Below are positions 26,942 to 35,488 of a stretch of DNA of 39,780 nucleotides, piece after piece. The notes below the pieces were generated by a model that was not told the origin of the DNA, searched no databases, and saw only the letters and a list, made by a program, of their open reading frames with translations. Origin of the DNA: Bacteroidaceae bacterium (GTDB lineage: Bacteria; Bacteroidota; Bacteroidia; Bacteroidales; Bacteroidaceae); NCBI GenBank assembly GCA_017450985.1, contig JAFSSN010000057.1, positions 1 to 39,780 on the forward strand. Reading direction: 5' to 3'. The position numbers and the translations under genes were made by a program. The stretch's first letter is position 1. Each line of letters opens with the position of its first letter.

Positions 26942-27003
26942 ACTATTGTCTGTTTCCTCTTTATGTCTGAATAAATCAAATAGCCACATACTATAGAAAC
27001 TAA

Positions 27004-27031
27004 AAAGAGGCTGCACAAAAAGATGCAGCCC
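27004..27031 (-). terminator. Hairpin between rplY and pth
   Basis: On the minus strand: ggctgca tctttttg tgcagcc, followed by tcttttta. Confidence 0.5.
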
Positions 27032-27057
27032 CTATTTTGTCAGTTACTCAATCCAAA

Positions 27058-27651
27058 TTAAGCTTCTGCCTGAGCAGCAGCACGAGCAGCACGAGTCATA
27101 CGTACAGCGCATACTACAACCTCCTTTGGAGTGACGATCTCAAGTCCCTCGAAAGAGAGAGCTGACACCTTCATAGACTTACCAAGACCGAGGCTTGTAA
27201 CGTCGATGTCGAGTGTGTCAGGGAACTGAGTGTACTTAGCCTTAACAGCGAGCTTGCGAACGTTAAGAGCGAGCTTACCACCGGCCTTAACACCTTCAGC
27301 AAGACCATTGAGCTTTACAGGAATCTGCATAACAATAGGATTCTCCTCAGTAATCTGGTAGAAGTCAACGTGTACTGGGTGATCAGTAACGAAGTCAGAC
27401 TGGAGGTCCTTCAAGATTGCCTTTACAACAGTACCCTCGATGTTGAGGTTTACGATGTAAACATTTGGAGTATAGAGAAGCTTAGCGAGCTCCTTCTCAG
27501 TAATCATGATTGACTTAGCAACTGGAGCGCCGTTAGCGTCCTTTTCTACACCGTAAACTACTGCTGGCACGTTACCTGCGCGACGCATGTCACGGCTTGC
27601 CTTCTTACCGAACTCAGTACGAACCTGAGCATTGAGAGTAATCTCTTTCAT
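27058..27651 (-). CDS. rplY: 50S ribosomal protein L25 / general stress protein Ctc
   Basis: 197 aa. RTEFGKKASRDMRRAGNVPAVVYG, plus the C-terminal Ctc domain. Confidence 0.92.
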   Translation of the reverse strand: MKEITLNAQVRTEFGKKASRDMRRAGNVPAVVYGVEKDANGAPVAKSIMITEKELAKLLYTPNVYIVNLNIEGTVVKAILKDLQSDFVTDHPVHVDFYQITEENPIVMQIPVKLNGLAEGVKAGGKLALNVRKLAVKAKYTQFPDTLDIDVTSLGLGKSMKVSALSFEGLEIVTPKEVVVCAVRMTRAARAAAQAEA

Positions 27652-27862
27652 CGTTGAATTGTTTGTTAAATGTGTTACTATAAATTAAGTATTTTATGCT
27701 TAATTCGCCATCACACCATGAGCCTAAGCCCTTTCTGTGTTGCTCAAAAAGCGGCGCAAAGGTACGACTTTAGTCCGTAACAGCCAAAGTTTTCCCTTCT
27801 TTTTATTTCAAACCGAGCCACATTTTCCCTTTCAGAGGGCAGAAATGCGCCCCGGACGCATG

Positions 27863-28225
27863 TTAAAAGTCCAAATCCACGTTCAGCGGAGCCTCTTTAG
27901 CTTCTACTCCATTGTCCGCACTATTTCCCTCCGCGCCCTCAGGCCTATGGCGCTTGAAGCGTGGAGTATGGTCGTTTTCCTTTGCAAACTGCAACGCCTT
28001 CAGCATGGCAGTCGTAAACTTGTCGTAGTCCTCTCTGTAAAGGAACAACTTGTGTTTCTCATAAGAAGCACGTGAATTGTCATTCACAGCATCCCCGACT
28101 TTCTTACTTTCCGTAACAGAAAGATACAACTCGCCCGTGCGAGTTTTCTTTACATCGAAATAGTAGATTCTCTTACCAGCCTTAATGCTTTCAGAGTAAA
28201 CAAGGTCTTTCTCAAAATCGCTCAT
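27863..28225 (-). CDS. DUF3276 (PUR-alpha-like nucleic-acid-binding) protein
   Basis: 120 aa. IKAGKRIYYFDVKKTRTGELYLSVTESKK is typical of the family (recalled from memory). Confidence 0.7.
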   Translation of the reverse strand: MSDFEKDLVYSESIKAGKRIYYFDVKKTRTGELYLSVTESKKVGDAVNDNSRASYEKHKLFLYREDYDKFTTAMLKALQFAKENDHTPRFKRHRPEGAEGNSADNGVEAKEAPLNVDLDF

Positions 28226-28364
28226 TGGAATTTATTATTGTTTAGTTGTAACTTACAAGGTACAAAATTAAGAAAAAAAAATGATTTATTCAAGAAAAGT
28301 TATCTGTTTTTGAAAAAAGAATTAACAAACATCAATTTTTCTCCGCAAAACAAAAAGAAATCCC

Positions 28365-28372
28365 TATATTTG
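28365..28372 (+). promoter_or_regulatory. Candidate -7 box (TAtaTTTG) for the nusB operon
   Basis: Matches the consensus 75 nt upstream of ATG 28447. Confidence 0.5.
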
Positions 28373-28446
28373 CAGCAAATTTTTACTGGTTAAGGAAAGT
28401 TAGAGAACAAAAAAAAGAACAATTACAAGAAAAGAGATTTTTGTAT

Positions 28447-29373
28447 ATGATTAACCGTACACTCATCCGTTTAAAGATTGTACAATTGATGTACGCATTC
28501 TATCAAAACGGCGGAAAAGAAATTGAAATGGCTGAGAAGGAACTTCTCTTCAGCTTGTCAAAGGCCTACGACCTTTACAACTATCTTTTGATGCTCATCG
28601 TGGCAATCAACAGATATGCGCTCAAACAGCTTGAGCACAAAGAGGAAGTGAACAAAACTGCTCATATCGATGAGAAGCTAAATCGCCGATTCGTTGACAA
28701 CAAGTTCGCCGTACAACTTGAATCCAACGTCCAGTTGGAGGAGCACAAGCAAAAGATGAAAAAGACATGGGACAACGACATAAACTTCGTAAAGAAAATT
28801 TACGACGAGATTGTTGCGTCCGAGTACTACAAGGAGTACATGGAGATGGAATCCACAACCTACGAAGACGACCGCGAGTTGTGGCGCAAACTCTACAAGA
28901 ACATCATAATGAAGAACGAGGAACTCGACGACATACTCGAGGACCAGAGTCTCTATTGGAACGACGACCGAAGCATCATCGACACATTCGTTCTCAAGAC
29001 CATCAAGCGTTTCGAGGAACAGAACGAGGAAAAGCAGGAACTCATCGCCGACTACAAGGACGACGAAGACCGCGACTTTGCGCTCAAGCTCTTCAGACGC
29101 TGCATACAGAACGACGAGTACTACCGCAGCCTCATCAGTCGCTGCGTAAAGAACTGGGAGTTCAACCGCCTTGCTTACATGGACATCGTCATCATGCAGA
29201 TTGCCATCGCCGAGGTACTCAGCTTCCCACTCATCCCGGTATCAGTTACCATCAACGAGTACGTGGAGATTGCAAAGTGGTACAGCACACCTAAGAGCGG
29301 CGGCTACATCAACGGAACACTCGACGCCGTATGCCGAATGCTTCGCGACGAGCACAAGCTCATGAAAGCATAA
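28447..29373 (+). CDS. nusB: Transcription antitermination factor NusB (long Bacteroidota form)
   Basis: MINRTLIRLKIVQLMYAF at the N-terminus and a C-terminal NusB fold (INEYVEIAKWYSTPKSGGYINGTLD). The ATG at 28447 is preferred over the TTG at 28441. Confidence 0.85.
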   Translation: MINRTLIRLKIVQLMYAFYQNGGKEIEMAEKELLFSLSKAYDLYNYLLMLIVAINRYALKQLEHKEEVNKTAHIDEKLNRRFVDNKFAVQLESNVQLEEHKQKMKKTWDNDINFVKKIYDEIVASEYYKEYMEMESTTYEDDRELWRKLYKNIIMKNEELDDILEDQSLYWNDDRSIIDTFVLKTIKRFEEQNEEKQELIADYKDDEDRDFALKLFRRCIQNDEYYRSLISRCVKNWEFNRLAYMDIVIMQIAIAEVLSFPLIPVSVTINEYVEIAKWYSTPKSGGYINGTLDAVCRMLRDEHKLMKA

Positions 29374-29411
29374 AACAACTATTACACATTTAACAATTAC
29401 ACATTATTAAA

Positions 29412-29732
29412 ATGACAACTACATTAACACTCTTGCAAGCACAACAGCAGGGCAGCCAATACTCTTTCCTCATCGTGATCCTGCTCATGGGACTTGTTTT
29501 CTACTTCTTAATATTACGTCCACAGAAAAAGCGTCAGAAGGAAATCGAAGACTTCCGCAACACCCTCGCAATCGGAACTGAGGTCGTAACAGCAGGCGGA
29601 ATCTACGGAAAGGTAAAGCACCTCAACGAAGGCGAAGCATACATCTCAATAGAGGTGGACAAGGACGTAGTCATCAAGGTTGACCGCAACTACGTGTACG
29701 CAAAGGGTAACCAACCAATACAGCAGCAATAA
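29412..29732 (+). CDS. yajC: Preprotein translocase subunit YajC
   Basis: 106 aa. A single TM segment followed by RPQKKRQKE...GTEVVTAGGIYGKV. Confidence 0.9.
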   Translation: MTTTLTLLQAQQQGSQYSFLIVILLMGLVFYFLILRPQKKRQKEIEDFRNTLAIGTEVVTAGGIYGKVKHLNEGEAYISIEVDKDVVIKVDRNYVYAKGNQPIQQQ

Positions 29733-29744
29733 TCCAAACGGAAG

Positions 29745-30752
29745 ATGGATAAACCTAAAAAAAACGAAACATTAATTAGGTTATTAAGTTTCTTCAAACT
29801 GACATACAGAAGATTGCGATTGGTAAAAATCAATCGCAATCTTTTGGTGTATCTCATCTTCCTGTTCATATCTATCGGATTCTGGTGTCTGCAAACCCTC
29901 AAAGAGGACTCTTTGCAGACCATCAACCTCACACTCAACATTACCGGCACACCAAAGAACATCATATTCACGTCCGACATTCCCGAAGCAATAAAGGTGA
30001 ATGCCAAAGGACGAGGATTTGACTTCCTTGAGTTCATGAGCCAGCCAGAGAAAGCCGTCATCGACATCCCGTTCGACAATCTTCAGCGCAAGAACGGACG
30101 AGGAACATACGACGCCATAGCACTGCGCCGACTCATACAGAAGCAGCTCGGCAACTCCATTGCCGTACAGTCATGCTCACCTGCGAGCCTCGACTTCTAC
30201 TACTGCGCCGGACACAAGAAACGCGTGCCGGTATTCTTCGGCGGAAAAGCAAGAGTTGGATTGCAGCACGTGCTCTGCGACATAAAGGTGAAGCCCGACT
30301 CCATCGACATATATGCCCCGAAACATCTGTGCGACAGCATAGATATGGTATATACCGACAAGCCGTTCTACAAGGACCTCGAGGACACGGTCACGCACCG
30401 ACTCCCGCTCCAAAGCATTCAAGGCGTAAAAATGGTGCCTAACAAAGTGGACGTACAGATATGCGTCGATCTCTTCACAGAGAAAACCGTATCCGTGCCA
30501 ATCTACTGCGAGAACATACCGCAGAACAAGATTCTGCGCACATTCCCTATCAAGGCAAACGTGTCATTCCACGTCAGCGCCACTATGTTCAATGCCATAT
30601 CCGAGAAAGACTTCCTCATAGTAGTCGATTACAGGTCACTGAACAAAGGCGAAGAAAAATGTCAGCTCATACTACGAGGACAGCCGCCAGGCGTCTCACA
30701 CGTACAGCTGTCACCCGAATACGTGGAATACGTCATCGAGCAAGCCGACTAA
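29745..30752 (+). CDS. YbbR-like domain membrane-anchored protein
   Basis: 335 aa with an N-terminal TM anchor and repeated beta-rich modules. The yajC-ybbR-coaE gene order is typical of Bacteroidales (recalled from memory). Confidence 0.6.
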   Translation: MDKPKKNETLIRLLSFFKLTYRRLRLVKINRNLLVYLIFLFISIGFWCLQTLKEDSLQTINLTLNITGTPKNIIFTSDIPEAIKVNAKGRGFDFLEFMSQPEKAVIDIPFDNLQRKNGRGTYDAIALRRLIQKQLGNSIAVQSCSPASLDFYYCAGHKKRVPVFFGGKARVGLQHVLCDIKVKPDSIDIYAPKHLCDSIDMVYTDKPFYKDLEDTVTHRLPLQSIQGVKMVPNKVDVQICVDLFTEKTVSVPIYCENIPQNKILRTFPIKANVSFHVSATMFNAISEKDFLIVVDYRSLNKGEEKCQLILRGQPPGVSHVQLSPEYVEYVIEQAD

Positions 30753-30767
30753 TCCCCTAATCGCAAC

Positions 30768-31379
30768 ATGAGAATAGCAATAACAGGCGGAATTGGCAGC
30801 GGTAAAAGTTACATCTGCAACAAACTCCGCGAACACGGCTACCAAGTGTACGACTGCGACAGCGAGGCAAAGCGTCTCATGACACAAAGCCCCGAAATCA
30901 TCGCGTCGCTACAACAGCTTGTAGGCAGCGACGCCTACACCCCCGACGGCCAGCTTAACAAGCCCGTCATAGCCCAGTTTCTCTTTGCCAGCAAGGAGAA
31001 CGGCACAAAGATAAACGCCATAGTCCACCCTGTGGTCAAGCGCGACTTCATGCGCTGGGCAGCAGCCATCGAGCAGGACGGCACACCACAGACAAGCCAC
31101 GTGGCAATTATGGAATGCGCCATACTCTTCGAGTCAGGCTTCGAGGACACAGTCCACAAAGTCGCAGCCGTATCGGCCGACGTGCCCACACGCACACGAA
31201 GAGCCATGAACCGCGACCACGCCACCTCACAGCAAATCGAGGCACGCATGGCAGCACAGATGGACAGCAGCGAAACGGAGAGACGCGCCGACTACGTAAT
31301 CGACAACTCCGACGGAGCAGACACCGAAGCGGAAATCAAGCGTCTCATACACTACATCGAGAATGAAGGGCAGCGATAA
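30768..31379 (+). CDS. coaE: Dephospho-CoA kinase
   Basis: MRIAITGGIGSGKSY contains the P-loop. About 200 aa. Confidence 0.92.
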   Translation: MRIAITGGIGSGKSYICNKLREHGYQVYDCDSEAKRLMTQSPEIIASLQQLVGSDAYTPDGQLNKPVIAQFLFASKENGTKINAIVHPVVKRDFMRWAAAIEQDGTPQTSHVAIMECAILFESGFEDTVHKVAAVSADVPTRTRRAMNRDHATSQQIEARMAAQMDSSETERRADYVIDNSDGADTEAEIKRLIHYIENEGQR

Positions 31380-31426
31380 AGCCCAAAGAAATATAAAAAA
31401 AAACAATTAAAACAAGAATAAGAATT

Positions 31427-31846
31427 ATGTTAAAGACAATCCTCGCCATCTCAGGCAAACCAGGACTTTACCGTCTTGTGTCACGCGGCAATAAGAGCCT
31501 CATCGTAGAGACCGTAGATGCAGCAAAGAAGCGCATGCCAGCCTTCGGAGCCGACAAAGTAGTTTCACTTGCCGACATTTCTATCTACACAAACGACGAT
31601 AGCGAAGTGAGCCTCGCATCAGTATTCGAGTCAATCAAGAAGAACTACGACGGCAAGGCAGTTGACCTCTCTCCAAAGAAGGCAGCACAGGACGACGTCA
31701 TCGCATTCTTTGCTAAGGTTCTTCCGAACTACGACACTGACCGTGTACGCGTAAGCGATATGCGCAAGGTTCTTGCTTGGTACAATCTTCTTATCGAGTA
31801 CGGAATCACAGAATTCGAGGAGGCTGCTCCTGCAGAAGCAGAGTAA
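31427..31846 (+). CDS. DUF5606-like hypothetical protein
   Basis: 139 aa. ILAISGKPGLYRLVSRG resembles DUF5606 (recalled from memory). Confidence 0.6.
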   Translation: MLKTILAISGKPGLYRLVSRGNKSLIVETVDAAKKRMPAFGADKVVSLADISIYTNDDSEVSLASVFESIKKNYDGKAVDLSPKKAAQDDVIAFFAKVLPNYDTDRVRVSDMRKVLAWYNLLIEYGITEFEEAAPAEAE

Positions 31847-31869
31847 ACATCCGCTCACAAAGAAATATA

Positions 31870-31905
31870 AAGGCTGACCTCATCACGAAGTCAGCCTTTT
31901 TTATT
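31870..31905. terminator. Bidirectional terminator between the convergent DUF5606 and S41 genes
   Basis: Stem aggctgac / gtcagcct, 11-nt loop, T6 on the + side and a T-rich tract on the minus side. Confidence 0.7.
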
Positions 31906-31963
31906 GAAGCACCCACACTGTATCATATATGACGTTCCAAATGCGCTTGTTCACTTCACGTCT

Positions 31964-33043
31964 TTATCGCTTCAAGTCCTTAGCCACCCACAGCACCCAC
32001 TCGTCAATATTGTCGGTGAGGCGTTTCGGATATGGAAGGTTGATGCGGACGTCAGGAGCGATGCCAGTTGGGTCAACACATGTACCTTTTTCCCAACGTG
32101 TAGAATATGTTGTTGGGTATTGTATGGACATGCGATGATTTTTGGGAATATAGCTTACACAGTTGCCCGTGTCGATGCAGCCAGCAGAGTTGTCTCGTCC
32201 ATAGATACGTGTACGACGACTGGCAGACCTTGCATCAAGAATCAGTTGCTCAGCCGAACTGGAATTAGCATTATCAATTATGACAGCCGCTTTCTTCGGC
32301 AGGGAACTGACAGAATCAAAACGTAAAGGCATTCCATCCTCCATTTTGACTATGTATTCAGGGGCATGGGAAATGTCTGTAGGATAACCAATGTCTATAA
32401 GATCTTCCTCTGTCCATTCACATCTCCTGATGGATGCAGCCGTATAACGCATGATTGAGCCGTCTCTCTTGTTGTCAGGATTGTCATACAACACCTGCAT
32501 AAGTGGCATGTAATTATCATCTTGCCCACCACCATTGCCACGAATGTCGATAATGAGATTGGAACATCCCGACGCCATATATTCACGAACGCTCAACTCC
32601 ATCCATTTCGATTCTATTGAACAAGAAGGATAACGGATGAGCCAAGTATCATCGTCAACCTTGCAGGACATCGGTTTAGGACGATATTCGTCCATTAGCG
32701 TATTATAATTCAATTGCTTTCTACAATACTTTTGGTAGTTGGTATAGATATCGTTATTTCCATAAGGAAAGAAATGATTGTCGCCAAACCACCCCACATA
32801 GGCACAAACTGCATCCTGCCAAGTTCGTTTACACAACTTGACGTCTTTCACCAACTGTTTTTTCAAAGCAGCATATTCCTTTTTGTTTTCCTTTGTCACC
32901 TTGAATTTGAACGGAGCATAGTCGTGCTCTGTCATATAGACAACAGAGTCAAAGTCAGCCACCAGCACTTTTATGCTATCAGTAACGGCAGCACTTGTGG
33001 CATGAGAAAAGAATGTAAACAGTACGATAAGAAGGTATTTCAT
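31964..33043 (-). CDS. S41-family peptidase-like secreted protein
   Basis: The start is trimmed to MKYLLIVLFTFFSHATSAAV (signal peptide). It contains IIDIRGNGGG and VIIDNANSSSAEQL (catalytic-Ser region). Confidence 0.72.
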   Translation of the reverse strand: MKYLLIVLFTFFSHATSAAVTDSIKVLVADFDSVVYMTEHDYAPFKFKVTKENKKEYAALKKQLVKDVKLCKRTWQDAVCAYVGWFGDNHFFPYGNNDIYTNYQKYCRKQLNYNTLMDEYRPKPMSCKVDDDTWLIRYPSCSIESKWMELSVREYMASGCSNLIIDIRGNGGGQDDNYMPLMQVLYDNPDNKRDGSIMRYTAASIRRCEWTEEDLIDIGYPTDISHAPEYIVKMEDGMPLRFDSVSSLPKKAAVIIDNANSSSAEQLILDARSASRRTRIYGRDNSAGCIDTGNCVSYIPKNHRMSIQYPTTYSTRWEKGTCVDPTGIAPDVRINLPYPKRLTDNIDEWVLWVAKDLKR

Positions 33044-33068
33044 CTTCACTTTTTCATTTAATTTGGCG

Positions 33069-33076
33069 CAAAAATA
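33069..33076 (-). promoter_or_regulatory. Candidate -7 box for the S41 gene
   Basis: CAAAaaTA on the + strand equals TAttTTTG on the minus strand, about 26 nt upstream of the start at 33043 and inside the longer ORF-track start. Confidence 0.45.
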
Positions 33077-33368
33077 ACAAAAACCGACAAAATCACCGAT
33101 TATCAGACAGTAAAAAGAACGGCAAAACACAACATTTCCATTTAATCATTACCCTACATCACATATACCACCCATTTCGAATGCAGTTCAATTCATAACT
33201 ATTCACAAACTTAAAAAGTTCACCAACATATTACATTTTTGAAGTAAAAGGAAGCACAAAGAAGTCTAATCAGCAATGCGCCACGGAGCAAAACAGCAAA
33301 TCCACAAAATGATTTTCAAGCATTTAAGTTTTTCCCTCACAAGAGCATTCACAATACACATTCGAGAC

Positions 33369-33505
33369 ATCATTACGTTTTCTACGGGTATTCTACGAGT
33401 ATCTTACGCATTTTGTACGGATTTCTACGGATAAGACTCGGAGAAAACCCGTAGAACACTCGGAGCGAACCCGTAAGACATCCGGAGAAACAGCGGAGCA
33501 GACAC
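33369..33505. repeat. Dispersed iteron element, copy C
   Basis: Five to six TTCTACGG-like units with 11-bp phasing, then CCGTAGAACACTCGGAG, CCGTAAGACATCCGGAG and CGGAGCAGA. It is in the same orientation as copies A and B. Confidence 0.85.
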
Positions 33506-34106
33506 GATGCAGTCCCCTAAACGAGCAGACAAAAATCCGTGCCGCGAGTTTTGCAAAAAAACAGAAATGATGCTTCATGTTGTTTTTGTTCTTTAGTCAT
33601 CAGACATTAACGTTAACAGCACAAAGATACATATTTCATTTATAACGTCCAAACGGAACCGACATTTCTTGTTGCAAGCATGGAGTGAAATAACAGAAAA
33701 CATATTTGAGTGCGAAACTGTCCTGCCACGCAGAAACCATCATTCCCGAAGCATGGGACTTTCAAGATTCGGGGCACAGTCATTCATTTGCGAAGAAATA
33801 ATAAGGCTGTAATTGCGTAAGAAAAACTCTTCAGTTAGAAAGAAAAAGTTCCTTAGTTGGGCAGGCATAAACATTTATCAGAACGGGGATAAAACAAAGC
33901 CTCCTTCAAGGCTGCCGACAACCTTCAAGAAGGCAAACGAAAAAGGCGATACTTACATGCAGAAAACCTGCATAGAAGTATCGTCTTTATATGTAATGCC
34001 TTACGGCCTGTAATCTATCCTTTTCACATCAGCGAAAGATGCATAAGCCAACGCAGCATAGTCACTTTGCTCAGCCTCAGCCCTCCCCCGCTCTCCCGTG
34101 CGGAAA

Positions 34107-35186
34107 TTATCTCTCAATATCCTTGGCAATATACACCTGAGTTGGGAAGTGGTCGGAATAACCATTCTGCCATACTCCGCTTGCCGTAGTACGGAACGGG
34201 CCGCCCTTCGTACGACCTGACTTTGAGATAATGTAGTCAGGCATGTAAATCTCGTTCTTGAAGAACTTGAATGTTGAACGGTCCTTGCCGATGAGGTTTG
34301 AAGTAAGGATAATCTGGTCGAACAAGTTCCACATTCCGTCCCAGAGAAGCGTGCCCTGTCCCTTCTTGCGAAGCGTGTTGTACCAAGGGTCGAAGAGGTC
34401 CTTAGGTGACTTCACCTTCTTCTCGTCATACACCACTCCGAGAGCCTCCTTCACCGACTTGTTGTCAGGATCGTCGTTCAAGTCGCCCATAATCATGATT
34501 CGTGCATCCGGGTGTACGGCCTGTATAGAGTCCACCACTCCGCGCACGAAGCGTCCCATCCATTCGCGGCTCTCGCTGCCAGCACCGCGTGAAGGCCAGT
34601 GGTTCACGAGGAAGTGGAACGGTTCGCCCAGCAGACTGCCCTCGACGTGGAGCACGCCTCGAGTGATGTGTCCGTTGCTGAATGCCTTATACTGTTCCGT
34701 AGTCGAAATGAGTTCGCTCTTAGTAGGCTTGAACATATTAGGATTGTAGAGACAAGCCACATCCACTCCTCGGCGGTCGTCGCCTTCATAATGGATGAAC
34801 TTGAAGCCCTTCTTGGCGAGTGCAGGACTCTTCACGAGATCCTCCATCACTCGGCTGTTCTCCACCTCCGACACGCCGATAAATGCAGCACCGCCCTTAA
34901 CGCGCTCGGTACAGAGTTCGCTCAGCACCCTCGACATGTTTGCTATCTTGTTTGTATATTGCACGCTGCCCCAATGGTAACCGCCGTTAGGCAGAAACTC
35001 ATAATCGTTCTTTCCCTCGTCGTGAATGGTGTCGAAGAGGTTCTCCAAATTGTAGAACGCGATACCGGTATAAATGGTGCGTTTCTCCTGAACGACCTTC
35101 GTTTCAGGGCGTCCGGCTGTGAACATCAGCCCCATGGTCAATGCCACGAATGACAGAATAACTTTTCTCATAACAATCTTTTCCAC
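34107..35186 (-). CDS. Endonuclease/exonuclease/phosphatase (EEP) family secreted protein
   Basis: 359 aa with a signal peptide. GIAFYNLENLFD, IMGDLND and a C-terminal SDHFP are EEP catalytic motifs. Confidence 0.85.
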   Translation of the reverse strand: MEKIVMRKVILSFVALTMGLMFTAGRPETKVVQEKRTIYTGIAFYNLENLFDTIHDEGKNDYEFLPNGGYHWGSVQYTNKIANMSRVLSELCTERVKGGAAFIGVSEVENSRVMEDLVKSPALAKKGFKFIHYEGDDRRGVDVACLYNPNMFKPTKSELISTTEQYKAFSNGHITRGVLHVEGSLLGEPFHFLVNHWPSRGAGSESREWMGRFVRGVVDSIQAVHPDARIMIMGDLNDDPDNKSVKEALGVVYDEKKVKSPKDLFDPWYNTLRKKGQGTLLWDGMWNLFDQIILTSNLIGKDRSTFKFFKNEIYMPDYIISKSGRTKGGPFRTTASGVWQNGYSDHFPTQVYIAKDIER

Positions 35187-35386
35187 TTTTTACAAATCCC
35201 TGCCCCTCGCATCCGTCATTTTGTTTCTCACAGTCCGGGCGGCATGGAATGTTTTTTATATTATTCGTTAAATAATGTTTACATTTGATGTAGCAAATAT
35301 CACATTTTTTTTTGAGAATACTCATAAGTTTAGCACACAAAAGCAGAATTTTGAGAAAAAGTTAAAAACGACAACCTAATTTTTCT

Positions 35387-35394
35387 TATTTTTG
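35387..35394 (+). promoter_or_regulatory. Candidate -7 box (TAttTTTG) for the receptor operon
   Basis: Lies 95 nt upstream of ATG 35489. A second match (TAcaTTTG) is at 35280-35287. Confidence 0.4.
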
Positions 35395-35488
35395 TATCGT
35401 GTTATGCAAATAAATGTAAGAGGCCTCCTGCATGGGGAGGAGAACAACTACAAAGAAATTAAGAATAAAAATCAATAATATTTAATTT

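Noticed and set aside
28447-29373. The unusually long NusB (about 308 aa versus about 140 aa in enterobacteria) as a novel fusion
   Set aside because: As far as I recall, a long NusB with an extra helical N-terminal/central region is the normal form in Bacteroidota. It is a lineage trait rather than a locus-specific novelty.
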